From the NCBI GenBank assembly GCA_037142615.1, contig JBAXAI010000019.1:8878-72877 (forward strand): a DNA stretch of 64,000 nt, in the 5' to 3' direction. The first letter of the stretch is position 1. Each line of letters opens with the position of its first letter. The translations under genes were made by a program, and so were the position numbers. Source of the stretch: Spirochaetales bacterium. GTDB lineage: Bacteria > Spirochaetota > Spirochaetia > JABEVK01. Shown piece after piece: positions 36,647 to 45,938 of the stretch. A model generated the notes under the pieces. The model was given only the letters and a program-made list of their open reading frames with translations, did no database searches and had not been told where the DNA came from.

Positions 36647-38655
36647 GCGCCGGTCGCCTTCTTGAGGTTGGCCATCAAGGTCTCGAGGTCGTCCACGGTG
36701 GCTTCTTCTTCGGGAGTGCCATCGGTGACGTTCAGGAGCGTTCCCGGAATTTCGGCCAAGAACGGGCTGGGCTCGGGGTGAAAGGTTTCCTTGAGCGTGC
36801 GACGGGTCGTGCAGGCCGTCATGTAGAGTTTTTGACGCGCGCGGGTAATGGCCACATAGAAAAGGCGCCGCTCTTCTTCGATCATGTGCGGGCCTTCCTC
36901 AATGCTGCGCTCGTGGGGCAGAATCTTGTCCTCCACGCCCATCAAGAAGACTACGTTGAACTCCAGTCCCTTGCTCGCATGGATGGTCATCAGGCTCACG
37001 GAACCCTTTTCTTCCTTGTCATTGAGGTCATCGCGGGTGATGAGCTGGATGCGGTTGAGAAAGCTGAGCAGGTCGGTGCGCGGCGCTTCCGGGTCGTTCT
37101 CCCAGTCGTCGAGGAACTTGACCAGACTCTCGATGTTCTGCCACTTCCACTTGGCGACCTTGTCGCTGGTAGGGTTGTCGCTGAGCAGGAACTCCCAATA
37201 CTGGATGTCTTCCAGCAGTTCCTTCAGGTGGGCAGCGAACTTGACCTTGGGTCGGCGGGCACGTTCGCGGTAGTCCGTGATCAGCTCGAGGAACTCGGAC
37301 AGGTCAGCGCGGGCCTGATCGCCCAGCGGCGCCTGCTCACTCAGGAGAATGTCTTTGAGCGCATCGTAGAGTGAGATGCTTTTGAGCTGGCTCACGCGGT
37401 TGAGGAGTTCGAGGAGCGCTTTCCCCGCCCCTCGTCGGGGCGTGTTGAGGATGCGCAAAAAGTTCACATTGTCACGGGGATTGGTCAGCACGCGCAGGTA
37501 GGCGATGACGTCCTTGACCTCTTTGCGTTGGAAGAAGCTGGTGCCACCCGACATCTTGTAGGGAATATTTTGCGCCAGTAGCTGCATTTCGATATTCTTG
37601 GTCAATGCGTTGGTACGAACCAGGATTCCGAAGTCGTCGTACTTGCGGTTTTCGCGGAACACCAGCGTCTTGATGGTGTCGGTGATGAAGTGCGCTTCCT
37701 TGGTCTCGTCGTCCGGGTGAACGAGCTCTATGGCCTTGCCTGCGTCAGCCTCGGTCCAAAGCGCCTTTTCCTTGCGGTTGGTGTTGTTGAGGATGAGCGC
37801 GTTGGCAGCGGCCAGAATGGCTCCCGTAGAACGATAGTTCTGTTCGAGCTTGATCTCCTTGCGTTCAGCGAAGTTCTTTTCGAACAACAAGATATTCTCA
37901 AAGTTCGCGCCCCGCCAACTGTAAATGCTCTGGTCGTCATCGCCCACAACGCACAGGTTGCGGTGCTCGCGGGCCAGCAGCTCCACGAAGCGGAACTGCG
38001 TGATGCTGGTATCTTGGAACTCGTCGACCATCACGTACTTGTAGCGTTCGCGGTACTCGGCCAGGATCTCGGGCTGGGTTTCAAACAGCTCCAGGGGCTT
38101 GGTGATCAGGTCGTCGAAGTCGACCGCGTTGTAGAGCATCAGGTGCTCGGCGTATTCCTTGTAGAGCTTTTTGACCTCGCTGGGTTCGTCGGTCCAGCCT
38201 TTGCGTTGGCTTTTCACCGCCGAAATCTGCTGCGCGATGGCCTGCAGTTCCTGGGGGTCCCAAACCTGTTCGAGCTCGCGGGCGCATTCCTTGAGCAGGG
38301 TAAGGCAGTCGTCGGTATCGTAGATGGTGAAGTTGCTGCGGTAGCCGAGCGTTTCGCCCTTTTCGCGCAGAATCTGCACACCAAACGCGTGGAAGGTGCT
38401 CACGGTGAGGTTGGTCAGCTTGCGGCCGGTAAGCTGCTTGGCGCGCTCTTCCATCTCGCGGGCCGCTTTGTTGGTAAAGGTGAGGGCCAGAATGGCGCTT
38501 TGCGGGATGTGAGACTCGAGCATGTGTGCGATGCGGAACGTGATCACACGCGTCTTTCCGCTGCCCGCGCCGGCAATGATGAGCAGCGGACCTTCGATCG
38601 TATGGACCGCTTCGTCCTGTTCGGGGTTGAGCCCCAAGTCACTCATCGCGCGCAT
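36643..38655 (-). CDS. UvrD/Rep/PcrA SF1 DNA helicase
   Basis: AGAGSGKT, DEFQD, GDDDQSIY, NYRS, TIHASKGLE, EERRLFYVAITRA. Confidence 0.96.
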   Translation of the reverse strand: MRAMSDLGLNPEQDEAVHTIEGPLLIIAGAGSGKTRVITFRIAHMLESHIPQSAILALTFTNKAAREMEERAKQLTGRKLTNLTVSTFHAFGVQILREKGETLGYRSNFTIYDTDDCLTLLKECARELEQVWDPQELQAIAQQISAVKSQRKGWTDEPSEVKKLYKEYAEHLMLYNAVDFDDLITKPLELFETQPEILAEYRERYKYVMVDEFQDTSITQFRFVELLAREHRNLCVVGDDDQSIYSWRGANFENILLFEKNFAERKEIKLEQNYRSTGAILAAANALILNNTNRKEKALWTEADAGKAIELVHPDDETKEAHFITDTIKTLVFRENRKYDDFGILVRTNALTKNIEMQLLAQNIPYKMSGGTSFFQRKEVKDVIAYLRVLTNPRDNVNFLRILNTPRRGAGKALLELLNRVSQLKSISLYDALKDILLSEQAPLGDQARADLSEFLELITDYRERARRPKVKFAAHLKELLEDIQYWEFLLSDNPTSDKVAKWKWQNIESLVKFLDDWENDPEAPRTDLLSFLNRIQLITRDDLNDKEEKGSVSLMTIHASKGLEFNVVFLMGVEDKILPHERSIEEGPHMIEEERRLFYVAITRARQKLYMTACTTRRTLKETFHPEPSPFLAEIPGTLLNVTDGTPEEEATVDDLETLMANLKKATGA

Positions 38656-38680
38656 GACAAAGGTATACGGAAAAACGTAC

Positions 38681-38728
38681 CCAGGGGCAAGGTGCCTTGC
38701 CCCGGGCTAGGTGCCTTGCCCCGGCTAG
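38681..38728. repeat. Short REP-like palindrome plus tandem duplicate
   Basis: GGGGCAAGG-TG-CCTTGCCCC hairpin; AGGTGCCTTGCCCCGG(G)CT occurs twice (38690, 38709). Confidence 0.6.
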
Positions 38729-38893
38729 CGACGTGGCCAACGCGATGTTCCGCTGGTAGACGCAAGGGAGTTTCTTCGTTCAGACTGCCTAGGGGGAACT
38801 TCCGATGATGTGGCGCGCAACGAGCTTTTTCCGATTCGGCCTGATGGTTTGTCTCGGGCTTTCCTTGAGTGTAGTTTGATTCAGGAGTGTCCT

Positions 38894-39589
38894 ATGAAGA
38901 GTCTTGTATTCCGTTTGGTGCCAGGCCTTTTTCTCTTCGCTCTGCCGTTACTCGCAGCACAAGACTTAGCGGCTCCCATCGCGCTTACCACTCCTCGAAC
39001 CCATGGCAGCCAAGTGGTGCAGCTGCAAAAGAAGCTGTTGGAATTCGGGTTTGTCGAGCTCGGTGAAGCCGATGGGTACTTCGGACCGAAGTCTGCCGAG
39101 GCGGTAAAAGGGGTACAGCGGTTTTTCGGTTTCGTCCCGAACGGGATCGCTGATCCCCAACTTTGGAAATCTCTGTTTTCGCCGGGGACGGCTGGGCCAA
39201 AAGTTCCGCTCCTGATTTCCCAGGCCAACGCCGTTTTGCGTGGTTCGTTCTCGTTAACCGACAAGGAGCTCAATGGACTTTCTACCGAAGGTGGTACGCT
39301 TACCGAGTTTCGCCAAGGCGGCAAGGTCCGCTATCTGGAATTGCGCCTGCTCGGCGAAACCGGTCAACTCCAGGGTCAGGTACCGTTGGTGCCCGGTGGC
39401 TTTGTGCTTCTGTTGACGAAGTACGCTTATCCGGCACCGTTCGATGTGGAACATTCACAGTTGAGTTATTTGGCCTACTATGCCGTGGGTTCCCAATACC
39501 TTCGTATTGTCGACGGCGTTGCGACGGAGGTCAGCCGCGACGAAGTGCCGGCCCTTCAAGTTATCCTGAACGAAGTTCGCAGCCAATGA
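38894..39589 (+). CDS. Secreted peptidoglycan-binding (PG_binding_1) domain protein
   Basis: Signal peptide; GSQVVQLQKKL..GF...DGYFGPKSAEAVKGVQ...G..D. Confidence 0.85.
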   Translation: MKSLVFRLVPGLFLFALPLLAAQDLAAPIALTTPRTHGSQVVQLQKKLLEFGFVELGEADGYFGPKSAEAVKGVQRFFGFVPNGIADPQLWKSLFSPGTAGPKVPLLISQANAVLRGSFSLTDKELNGLSTEGGTLTEFRQGGKVRYLELRLLGETGQLQGQVPLVPGGFVLLLTKYAYPAPFDVEHSQLSYLAYYAVGSQYLRIVDGVATEVSRDEVPALQVILNEVRSQ

Positions 39590-39617
39590 CCTCTCTCCCT
39601 GCAACCAAGGAGTCCCC

Positions 39618-40160
39618 ATGACTGACCAGCAGATTACCCTTCTCGAGACCCTCCAAAAGCGTTTTGTCGTCAACTCCGCTCGCCACCCGGGCGTGGAATG
39701 GGGGCAAGTGCAGTCGCGACTCGAGGCGGCTGCTTCCAAGCTGAAGGCACTTGCCGAGATGGAAGCCACGGGTGGTGAACCAGATGTGGCGGGTTCTGGG
39801 CTTGAGTCAGGAGCTTTTGTCTTTGTGGACTTTTCACCCGAATCGCCGTCAGGGCGCCGGAGCCTCTGTTACGATAGAAAGGCCCTCGACGGGCGCAAGG
39901 AAAACAAACCCGCCGGAAACGCGGTGGAGCTGGCGGCTTCTTGGGGGGCGGAGCTTCTTACCGAGGAGCAATACCGGGACTTGCAGGCCCTCGGAGAGTT
40001 TGACCGGAAAACGTCGAGTTGGGTGAAAACCCCGACGGCGATACGGGACCTCGGCGGTGCCCTCTTCTGCAATAGCCAGTATCACCGCGTGTTCGTCTAC
40101 TACAACGGCGCTGAATCGTACTACGGTGTACGCGGTTTTCGCTGCCGCCTGGAGGTCTGA
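39618..40160 (+). CDS. DUF4256 family protein
   Basis: MEATGGEPDV, ESPSGRRSLCYD, KTSSWVKTP, GGALF, NGAESYY..RGFR. Confidence 0.88.
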   Translation: MTDQQITLLETLQKRFVVNSARHPGVEWGQVQSRLEAAASKLKALAEMEATGGEPDVAGSGLESGAFVFVDFSPESPSGRRSLCYDRKALDGRKENKPAGNAVELAASWGAELLTEEQYRDLQALGEFDRKTSSWVKTPTAIRDLGGALFCNSQYHRVFVYYNGAESYYGVRGFRCRLEV

Positions 40161-40178
40161 GGGCAGCCGAGCCGAGCT

Positions 40179-40233
40179 CTTTGCCGCAGGGAAACCGGAC
40201 GACCTCGGCGGTCGAGGATCTCCTGCGGCAAAG
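40179..40233. terminator. Stem-loop between convergent genes
   Basis: CTTTGCCGCAGG...CCTGCGGCAAAG (12-bp inverted repeat) with an inner hairpin. Confidence 0.55.
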
Positions 40234-40238
40234 TCGTG

Positions 40239-40628
40239 TTAGCCTCGGAATTGGGGGTGACCTTGGTTTCGGTCACCCGTGATCTGGTCAAGGAACTTCT
40301 TGGCCGCGACCGGGTCTTTGGCACCGGCAGCACCGACACCTTGGTAGGCAGCGAACAGGAAGTCGGTCCAAAGGCGGGTCCATTCCTTCGAATCGCCCTT
40401 GGGAGCAGCAAAGGTCAGGGCTTTCTTGGCGTTTGTGCTGAACTGGAGAAAGCCGTCGGCGACAGCCACCCAGTCGGCCGCTGCGATGGCCTTGGTCACG
40501 GCACCGACCGTGGACTGGTTGATGTGCATGATGTCCTTCACCGCGTTCGAATCGTAAGGCACGAGATCCGCCGCGAAGGCGAGGGTACCGCTCAGGGCCA
40601 AGAGCAGGGCAAGGGCAAGTTTCTTCAT
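40239..40628 (-). CDS. Secreted four-helix-bundle protein, cytochrome b562/c'-like
   Basis: Signal peptide; early Met (KDIMH); C-terminal RNQGHPQFR; strong GAGGAGG RBS. Confidence 0.55.
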   Translation of the reverse strand: MKKLALALLLALSGTLAFAADLVPYDSNAVKDIMHINQSTVGAVTKAIAAADWVAVADGFLQFSTNAKKALTFAAPKGDSKEWTRLWTDFLFAAYQGVGAAGAKDPVAAKKFLDQITGDRNQGHPQFRG

Positions 40629-40699
40629 CTATTCCTCCTCAGGAAATGTTGGAGGTAATATACTACTAAATTAGTCAGAAAACAAACCGACCCCTGCGC

Positions 40700-41545
40700 C
40701 TAGGTCAAGATGAGGGCTATGGCAAACGCCAACAGCGTGCTGAGCGCGACCGAGAGCACGTTGACGACGTCGTTGTTCATCCAACCCCAGCCACGGACCC
40801 TCAAGTGCGCGTTGCCCTGGGTGCCGAAGGGCTTTTCGGTCCACTGGCCCGAAGAATCCTGGTAAAGGGCTTGTACGGTAGCCCCCAGCAGTGAGTCCAA
40901 TAGCGAGGCTGCAAAACCGCAGGCGAGGGCCAGCCCGACAAACGGCCAGGTCAGCCCTGCCAAGAAGCCGATCGACGCCAGCGTCGCGGCTCCCAGAAGC
41001 GCCCCCAGGAGACCCAGCATTGTGACCCCACCGGACTGGCCGGCTTCGACGGTTGTCCAACCCCAGAGTAGTCGCGGCTGGCGGGATGACAACACGCCAA
41101 CCTCGCCGGCCCAAGTGTCGCTCGCTGCCGCCGCGAAGCCCGCCGTGATGGCCACAAGAAGGGCCTGCGTAACCCGCGCGCTGCCGGAGATCTGAGCCGC
41201 AGGAAGAGCCAAGGCCGCGATAACCATGGGCGCGGTGTTGGCTGCCACCTGTTGCCAAGACCTGCGACTGCCTCGCTGGTGCTTGCCCTCGACCTTGGGT
41301 CGCAGACGCTTGCCCGGGATTCCCAGCAGACTGCTGCTGACGAAGAAGACGGTGAGCATCAGCCAGACCGGCCAGTCGCCACCCAACCAGAGCAGGATGC
41401 CGACTACCAGGCCTCCCGCAGCCCCCGAAAGGCTGACCGAACCCCGCATGAGGGCCAAAAGCCCCAGAAGCGCGGTGGCGAGGATTGCAGGAAGGAGCCG
41501 CGGGACGAGAAGGTCAACGAACGGTGAGCCACCGATGTCGATCAA
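40700..41545 (-). CDS. DUF92/TMEM19 membrane protein
   Basis: FFVSSS, RSWQQVAAN, SDTWAGEVG, SGGVT..G, DSLLGATVQ, NNDVVN. Confidence 0.92.
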   Translation of the reverse strand: MIDIGGSPFVDLLVPRLLPAILATALLGLLALMRGSVSLSGAAGGLVVGILLWLGGDWPVWLMLTVFFVSSSLLGIPGKRLRPKVEGKHQRGSRRSWQQVAANTAPMVIAALALPAAQISGSARVTQALLVAITAGFAAAASDTWAGEVGVLSSRQPRLLWGWTTVEAGQSGGVTMLGLLGALLGAATLASIGFLAGLTWPFVGLALACGFAASLLDSLLGATVQALYQDSSGQWTEKPFGTQGNAHLRVRGWGWMNNDVVNVLSVALSTLLAFAIALILT

Positions 41546-42225
41546 AGTACAGCCGCCAAGACTCCCGCTGCGACGGCGGGCAAAAGCAGGTTGTCCAACC
41601 CGAACGGGGTCAAGGCTTCCACCAGCGCCACCGCCACAGCGACCAGCGCCGCCTTGCCGAAGGCGCCAACCCACCAGCCCAGGTCAGCACTGGCCGGCAG
41701 GGCAAAGGCAGCCAGAAAGGCCACCACGACGACCATCGAGGAAACCAACAACGCGGCCGTTCCCTCCCAACTTTTGTTCGACCACCGGACCGGGAGCGGG
41801 TGTTTTCCCCACGCCCTGCCTGTGAGGGCCGCCAGCCCATCGCCCCAACCGAGCACCAAGACTCCGGCCCCGGCAACCCAGAGAGGCAAACCGCCCCAGC
41901 CTGACCACAAAACCATCGCGATCAAACTGACCGGAAAGTAGATCGTCCCCAGGTTGGATTCGCCCTTGCCGGGTTCCATGGCCTTGAGAAAGCCCAGTTG
42001 ACGAGCGAGAACGTTGAAAAGCACAAAGAAAAACGGACCAACGAGACCCCAAACCGGCTCCTGGATGAAGAACAGGTGAAAGAACCACCAGTGGGCGACC
42101 CCGATATGAATGATCTTCCGGCTGGTGAAGCTGTCGACCAGCTTGAACTTCAGCAGGGCCATGCCAACCCCGAGAACGGCAAACACAAACAAGAAGGAGA
42201 GCCCGACCCCAAGCGCGGGGGTCAT
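41542..42225 (-). CDS. CTP-dependent polyprenol/phytol/diacylglycerol kinase-like membrane protein
   Basis: SRKIIHI, LGWGDGLAALTG, KSWEGT, GLDNL. Confidence 0.85.
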   Translation of the reverse strand: MTPALGVGLSFLFVFAVLGVGMALLKFKLVDSFTSRKIIHIGVAHWWFFHLFFIQEPVWGLVGPFFFVLFNVLARQLGFLKAMEPGKGESNLGTIYFPVSLIAMVLWSGWGGLPLWVAGAGVLVLGWGDGLAALTGRAWGKHPLPVRWSNKSWEGTAALLVSSMVVVVAFLAAFALPASADLGWWVGAFGKAALVAVAVALVEALTPFGLDNLLLPAVAAGVLAAVL

Positions 42226-43445
42226 GCCTTGTTCCAATCTTTCTGCACGCTGGCTTGGACGCCGGTCGAGAGGCTGTAGAGCTTCAAGAAGCCGGTCGCA
42301 TCGTGGTGGTCGTAAGTGCTCTTGCCGAAGCTGGCCAAGTCTTCGCTGTACAACGAATAAGGGCTCGAACGCCCCCCGATGAGCACATTGCCCTTGTAGA
42401 GCACGACCTTCACCGTGCCGGTCAGATAGCGGCTCGAACTCTCGAAGAACGCGTCGAGGTTGACCCGGAACGCCGTGAACCACTTGCCGGTGTACACCAG
42501 GCGCGCGTAGGTGTTGGCGAGGTTCTTTTTCATCTCGAGGGTCTCGCCGTCGAGGCACAGCATTTCGAGCTCGCGCAGGGCCGTGTAAAGGATAGTCCCG
42601 GCAGGGGTCTCGTAGACTCCCCGGCTCTTCATTCCCACCGTGCGGGTCTCGACCAGGTCGCTGCGGCCGATGCCGTTTTCGGCGCCCAGCTTGTTCAGTA
42701 GGTCGAGCAGGTCTATGCCCGAGAGCTTCTTGCCGTCCATGGCCACTGGGAAGCCCTTTTCGAAGTCCAGGGTGACTTCGGTTTCGGCATCGGGGGCCTC
42801 CTTGGGACTCTTGGTCAGCTGGAACATGGGTTCCAGCGGCCTCTGCAGCGGATTCTCAAGCTCGGCGCCCTCGTGGCTCATGTGCCAGACGTTCCAGTCG
42901 CGGCTGTAGATGTTTTGTTTGGTGATGTTGCCTAGCGGGATGCCCCGGGCCTGCGCGTAATCGATGGCCTGTTCACGGCTGGTGATGTCCCACTCGCGCC
43001 AGGGAGCGATGATGCCCAGTTGCGGGGCGAGGGCCTTGTAGGTCATCTCGAAACGCACCTGGTCGTTTCCCTTGCCGGTACACCCGTGCGCGACCGCGTC
43101 GCAGCCTTCCTGAAGAGCGTAGTGCACCTGGTACTTGGCCGTGATGGGTCGGGCAATGGCGGTGCCCAGCAGGTACTTGCCCTCGTACATGGCCCCGGCG
43201 CGGAGCATGGGGAACAGGTAGTCCTGCGCGAACTCTTGTTTGGCATCCACGATGAAAAGCTTGCTCGCACCGCTGGCTTCGCCCTTCGCTTTTACCGCGT
43301 CCCAGTCTTCTTTCTGGCCGACGTTCACCGAAACGCCAATGATCTCAGCGCCACCGTAATTCTCTTTCAGCCAAGGAATAATAATGCTCGTGTCGAGGCC
43401 GCCGGAATAGGCCAGCGCGATTTTTCTGTAGGTCTTGTTACTCAT
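42222..43445 (-). CDS. argG: Argininosuccinate synthase
   Basis: LAYSGGLDTS, HGCTGKGNDQVRFE, KSRGVYETP. Confidence 0.97.
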   Translation of the reverse strand: MSNKTYRKIALAYSGGLDTSIIIPWLKENYGGAEIIGVSVNVGQKEDWDAVKAKGEASGASKLFIVDAKQEFAQDYLFPMLRAGAMYEGKYLLGTAIARPITAKYQVHYALQEGCDAVAHGCTGKGNDQVRFEMTYKALAPQLGIIAPWREWDITSREQAIDYAQARGIPLGNITKQNIYSRDWNVWHMSHEGAELENPLQRPLEPMFQLTKSPKEAPDAETEVTLDFEKGFPVAMDGKKLSGIDLLDLLNKLGAENGIGRSDLVETRTVGMKSRGVYETPAGTILYTALRELEMLCLDGETLEMKKNLANTYARLVYTGKWFTAFRVNLDAFFESSSRYLTGTVKVVLYKGNVLIGGRSSPYSLYSEDLASFGKSTYDHHDATGFLKLYSLSTGVQASVQKDWNKA

Positions 43446-43454
43446 GGGGTTCTC

Positions 43455-43904
43455 CTAGCGGACAATCCGGAGGCGCTCCACGCCCCGGTCTTCAAACTCT
43501 TTGTCGTACTTCTCCTGTTCGCGCTCGATCGCCGCGACCAGGTCTTCGGCGGCTTTTCCTTCTGGTATTTTTCCGATCTTGGCGGGATTCTTTTGGTAAT
43601 AATCGCGGCGGGCCAGCTGATCGGTCAGCTCGTCCCAGAAGATGTCCTGGTCGTACTCATCGACCTGCTCAAACAGCACGTCTTCGAGCTCGGGCGAAAA
43701 GGCGTACAGCCCTTCATCGTTGACGCGGATGCGGGTCTTCTCACCGGAGTTCCACGCCATGCCGAGCACGTACTGCACGAAGCTATCCATGGCAGAATCA
43801 CGTTCTTCGGCGGTCTTGGTTGCGTTTTTCATCCAGGCCCCGAAGAACACCGTCTTCAGCAGTTGGGTGAGGTTGGCGTCGTCAAACTCGATGTTGGTCT
43901 TCAT
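43455..43904 (-). CDS. Acidic hypothetical protein inside the arg operon
   Basis: 149 aa; AAGGAG RBS; ATGA overlap with argD; FWDELTDQLARRD and YDKEF..RG motifs. Confidence 0.8.
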   Translation of the reverse strand: MKTNIEFDDANLTQLLKTVFFGAWMKNATKTAEERDSAMDSFVQYVLGMAWNSGEKTRIRVNDEGLYAFSPELEDVLFEQVDEYDQDIFWDELTDQLARRDYYQKNPAKIGKIPEGKAAEDLVAAIEREQEKYDKEFEDRGVERLRIVR

Positions 43905-45127
43905 GAAAACTCCTTGGCCTTGGCGGCGAGCACGATTCGGAGAATCCCGACGGCTTCCTCAAGCTCTTTTCGGCTCACCGTGAGGGGGGGGGCAAAGCGC
44001 AAAACGTTGGTTCCGGCCCGCAGGAGCAACAGTCCTTGGGCCTGACAGGCCGCAATCACCTCACCCAAAAGACCCTTCTTGGTGGAATCATAGTCAAGAC
44101 GCAAGCCCCGGAGCAGGCCCATGCCCTTGACTTCCCTGGCGAAGGGAAAGTCATTCTTGAGACCCTTCAGGAGCCGCTCGAAGCTCTTGCCGCGCCGGGC
44201 GACATTTTCGAGGAACTTGGGCTCGCCGATCACTTCGAACACGCGATTGGCCACCGCGGTGGTTACGGGCCCGCCACCAAAGGTAGTGCCGTGGTCGCCC
44301 ACATGCACGACCGCGTTGACACGGGCTGGAATCAGCGTCGCCGACAAGGGAAGGCCTCCTGCCATGGGTTTGGCGAGGGTGACGATGTCGGGAGTCAAGC
44401 CCAACTGCTGCCAGGCATAAAAGGTTCCCGTGCGGCCGTAGCCCCCCTGAATCTCGTCGGCAATGATGAGGATGTCGTTGTCGAGACAGACTTTCTGCAG
44501 CGCCTGAGCGAACCTGGGACTGACGCTGTCGAGACCGCCTTCGCCCTGAATGGGTTCGATGAGCACGGCGGCGAAGCTTCGGTCGAGCTTGGCCAAGGCC
44601 TTGACGTCGTTGTAGGGCAGCGTCTCGCAACCGGGGATCAGTGGATGGTAGGGCTTCTGGTACTTTTCGGTCGGGGTGAGGCTGAGGGAACCCAGGGTCC
44701 GTCCGTGAAAGGCCCCCGTGAAACTGGCAAACTTGTGGTGGCCTTCGCCCTTGGTACGCAGCGCGTAGACCCTGGCGTACTTGAGCGCCGCTTCGTTAGC
44801 CTCGGTGCCGGAATTGCCAAAATGAACCGCCGCGAACTGGCCAGGGTTCCCGGTGGCCACCAACCTGGCGGCCAGCAACAGGGCGGGCTCGGTGGTGTAA
44901 AGGTTGCTTACGTGGGTGAGTTTTTCCATCTGCTTGCGGGCAATCTGCGCGAGATCTCTGCGGCCATGACCGAGGGCGTTGACGGCAATACCCCCGGTGA
45001 AATCGAGGTAGCGCTTGCCGGCGCGATCCCAGACTTCGGTGCCCTTGCCATGGTCGAGCACCAAGAACTCGTCGGCGTAGTTCTGAGGAAACGGGGGTTT
45101 GTGGGCGATCGGATCAATGGTCGGCAT
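43901..45127 (-). CDS. argD: Acetylornithine aminotransferase
   Basis: DFTGGIAVNALGH, NSGTEANE, FHGRT, EPIQGEGG, DEIQ, LAKP, HGTTFGG. Confidence 0.93.
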   Translation of the reverse strand: MPTIDPIAHKPPFPQNYADEFLVLDHGKGTEVWDRAGKRYLDFTGGIAVNALGHGRRDLAQIARKQMEKLTHVSNLYTTEPALLLAARLVATGNPGQFAAVHFGNSGTEANEAALKYARVYALRTKGEGHHKFASFTGAFHGRTLGSLSLTPTEKYQKPYHPLIPGCETLPYNDVKALAKLDRSFAAVLIEPIQGEGGLDSVSPRFAQALQKVCLDNDILIIADEIQGGYGRTGTFYAWQQLGLTPDIVTLAKPMAGGLPLSATLIPARVNAVVHVGDHGTTFGGGPVTTAVANRVFEVIGEPKFLENVARRGKSFERLLKGLKNDFPFAREVKGMGLLRGLRLDYDSTKKGLLGEVIAACQAQGLLLLRAGTNVLRFAPPLTVSRKELEEAVGILRIVLAAKAKEFS

Positions 45128-45145
45128 GGGTTCTCCTTAGGGACT

Positions 45146-45928
45146 CTATTCGGTAATCGCGGTTCCAGCCTGATGGGCGAGCAAACGGGCCAAGTCACCC
45201 GAACCCCGGTAGCCGCCGATGAGCACCTCGCCCACGCCTCGCTCACACGCGGCCAGGGCATTGTTCACCTTGGGAATCATCCCGCCGGTTATGGCCCCCG
45301 CCTCGATTTCGGCTTCAGCCTGTGCCCGGTCGAGTTGCTTAAGCACCGCACCGTCCTTCAGCACTCCTGGGATGTCCGAGAGGAAGAGCAGCGTGCGCGC
45401 CCTGAGCGCGATGGCCACCTCCTGGGCGACCTCGTCGGCGTTGATGTTGAGTCCGCGGCCCTCGCTATCCATCGAGGTCGAGTGCAGAATCGGCAAGAAA
45501 CCGCCCTCGAGAAGGGTTTCCAGCAGGCGGGAGTCGGTGGCTGATACCTTGCCGGTGCGGCTGTCAGGCCGATCGGCGACCGGCAGCGCTTCGCCGGTGA
45601 AGATGTGACCATCCTGACCGCCCAGCCCGACGGCGTCGAGCCCGGCAGCCTGAGCGCGGCGAACCAGGTCGATGTTGAGCTTGCCACCGAGCACCATGTC
45701 GACCACTTCAAGCTCGCTCGGGCTGGTGATTCGTATGCCATCCCTGAACTCGGCTTCGTAGCCGAACTTCTGGCTGACAGCCGTGACTTCCTTGCCACCC
45801 CCGTGCACGAGCACAAAGTCTGGGCCCCTGGAAGTACTGCCTGCTTGGGCGAGTTCCTCGAGCAGGGCTGCTAGTACCTGCCCGTCTTGTGCCACGAGTC
45901 CGCCGATCTTGATCACGATGATGTTCAC
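45146..45928 (-). CDS. argB: Acetylglutamate kinase
   Basis: IKIGG, VHGGG, DGIRIT, NINAD, GGMIPK. Confidence 0.95.
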   Translation of the reverse strand: MNIIVIKIGGLVAQDGQVLAALLEELAQAGSTSRGPDFVLVHGGGKEVTAVSQKFGYEAEFRDGIRITSPSELEVVDMVLGGKLNIDLVRRAQAAGLDAVGLGGQDGHIFTGEALPVADRPDSRTGKVSATDSRLLETLLEGGFLPILHSTSMDSEGRGLNINADEVAQEVAIALRARTLLFLSDIPGVLKDGAVLKQLDRAQAEAEIEAGAITGGMIPKVNNALAACERGVGEVLIGGYRGSGDLARLLAHQAGTAITE

Positions 45929-45938
45929 CGAACCCCTC

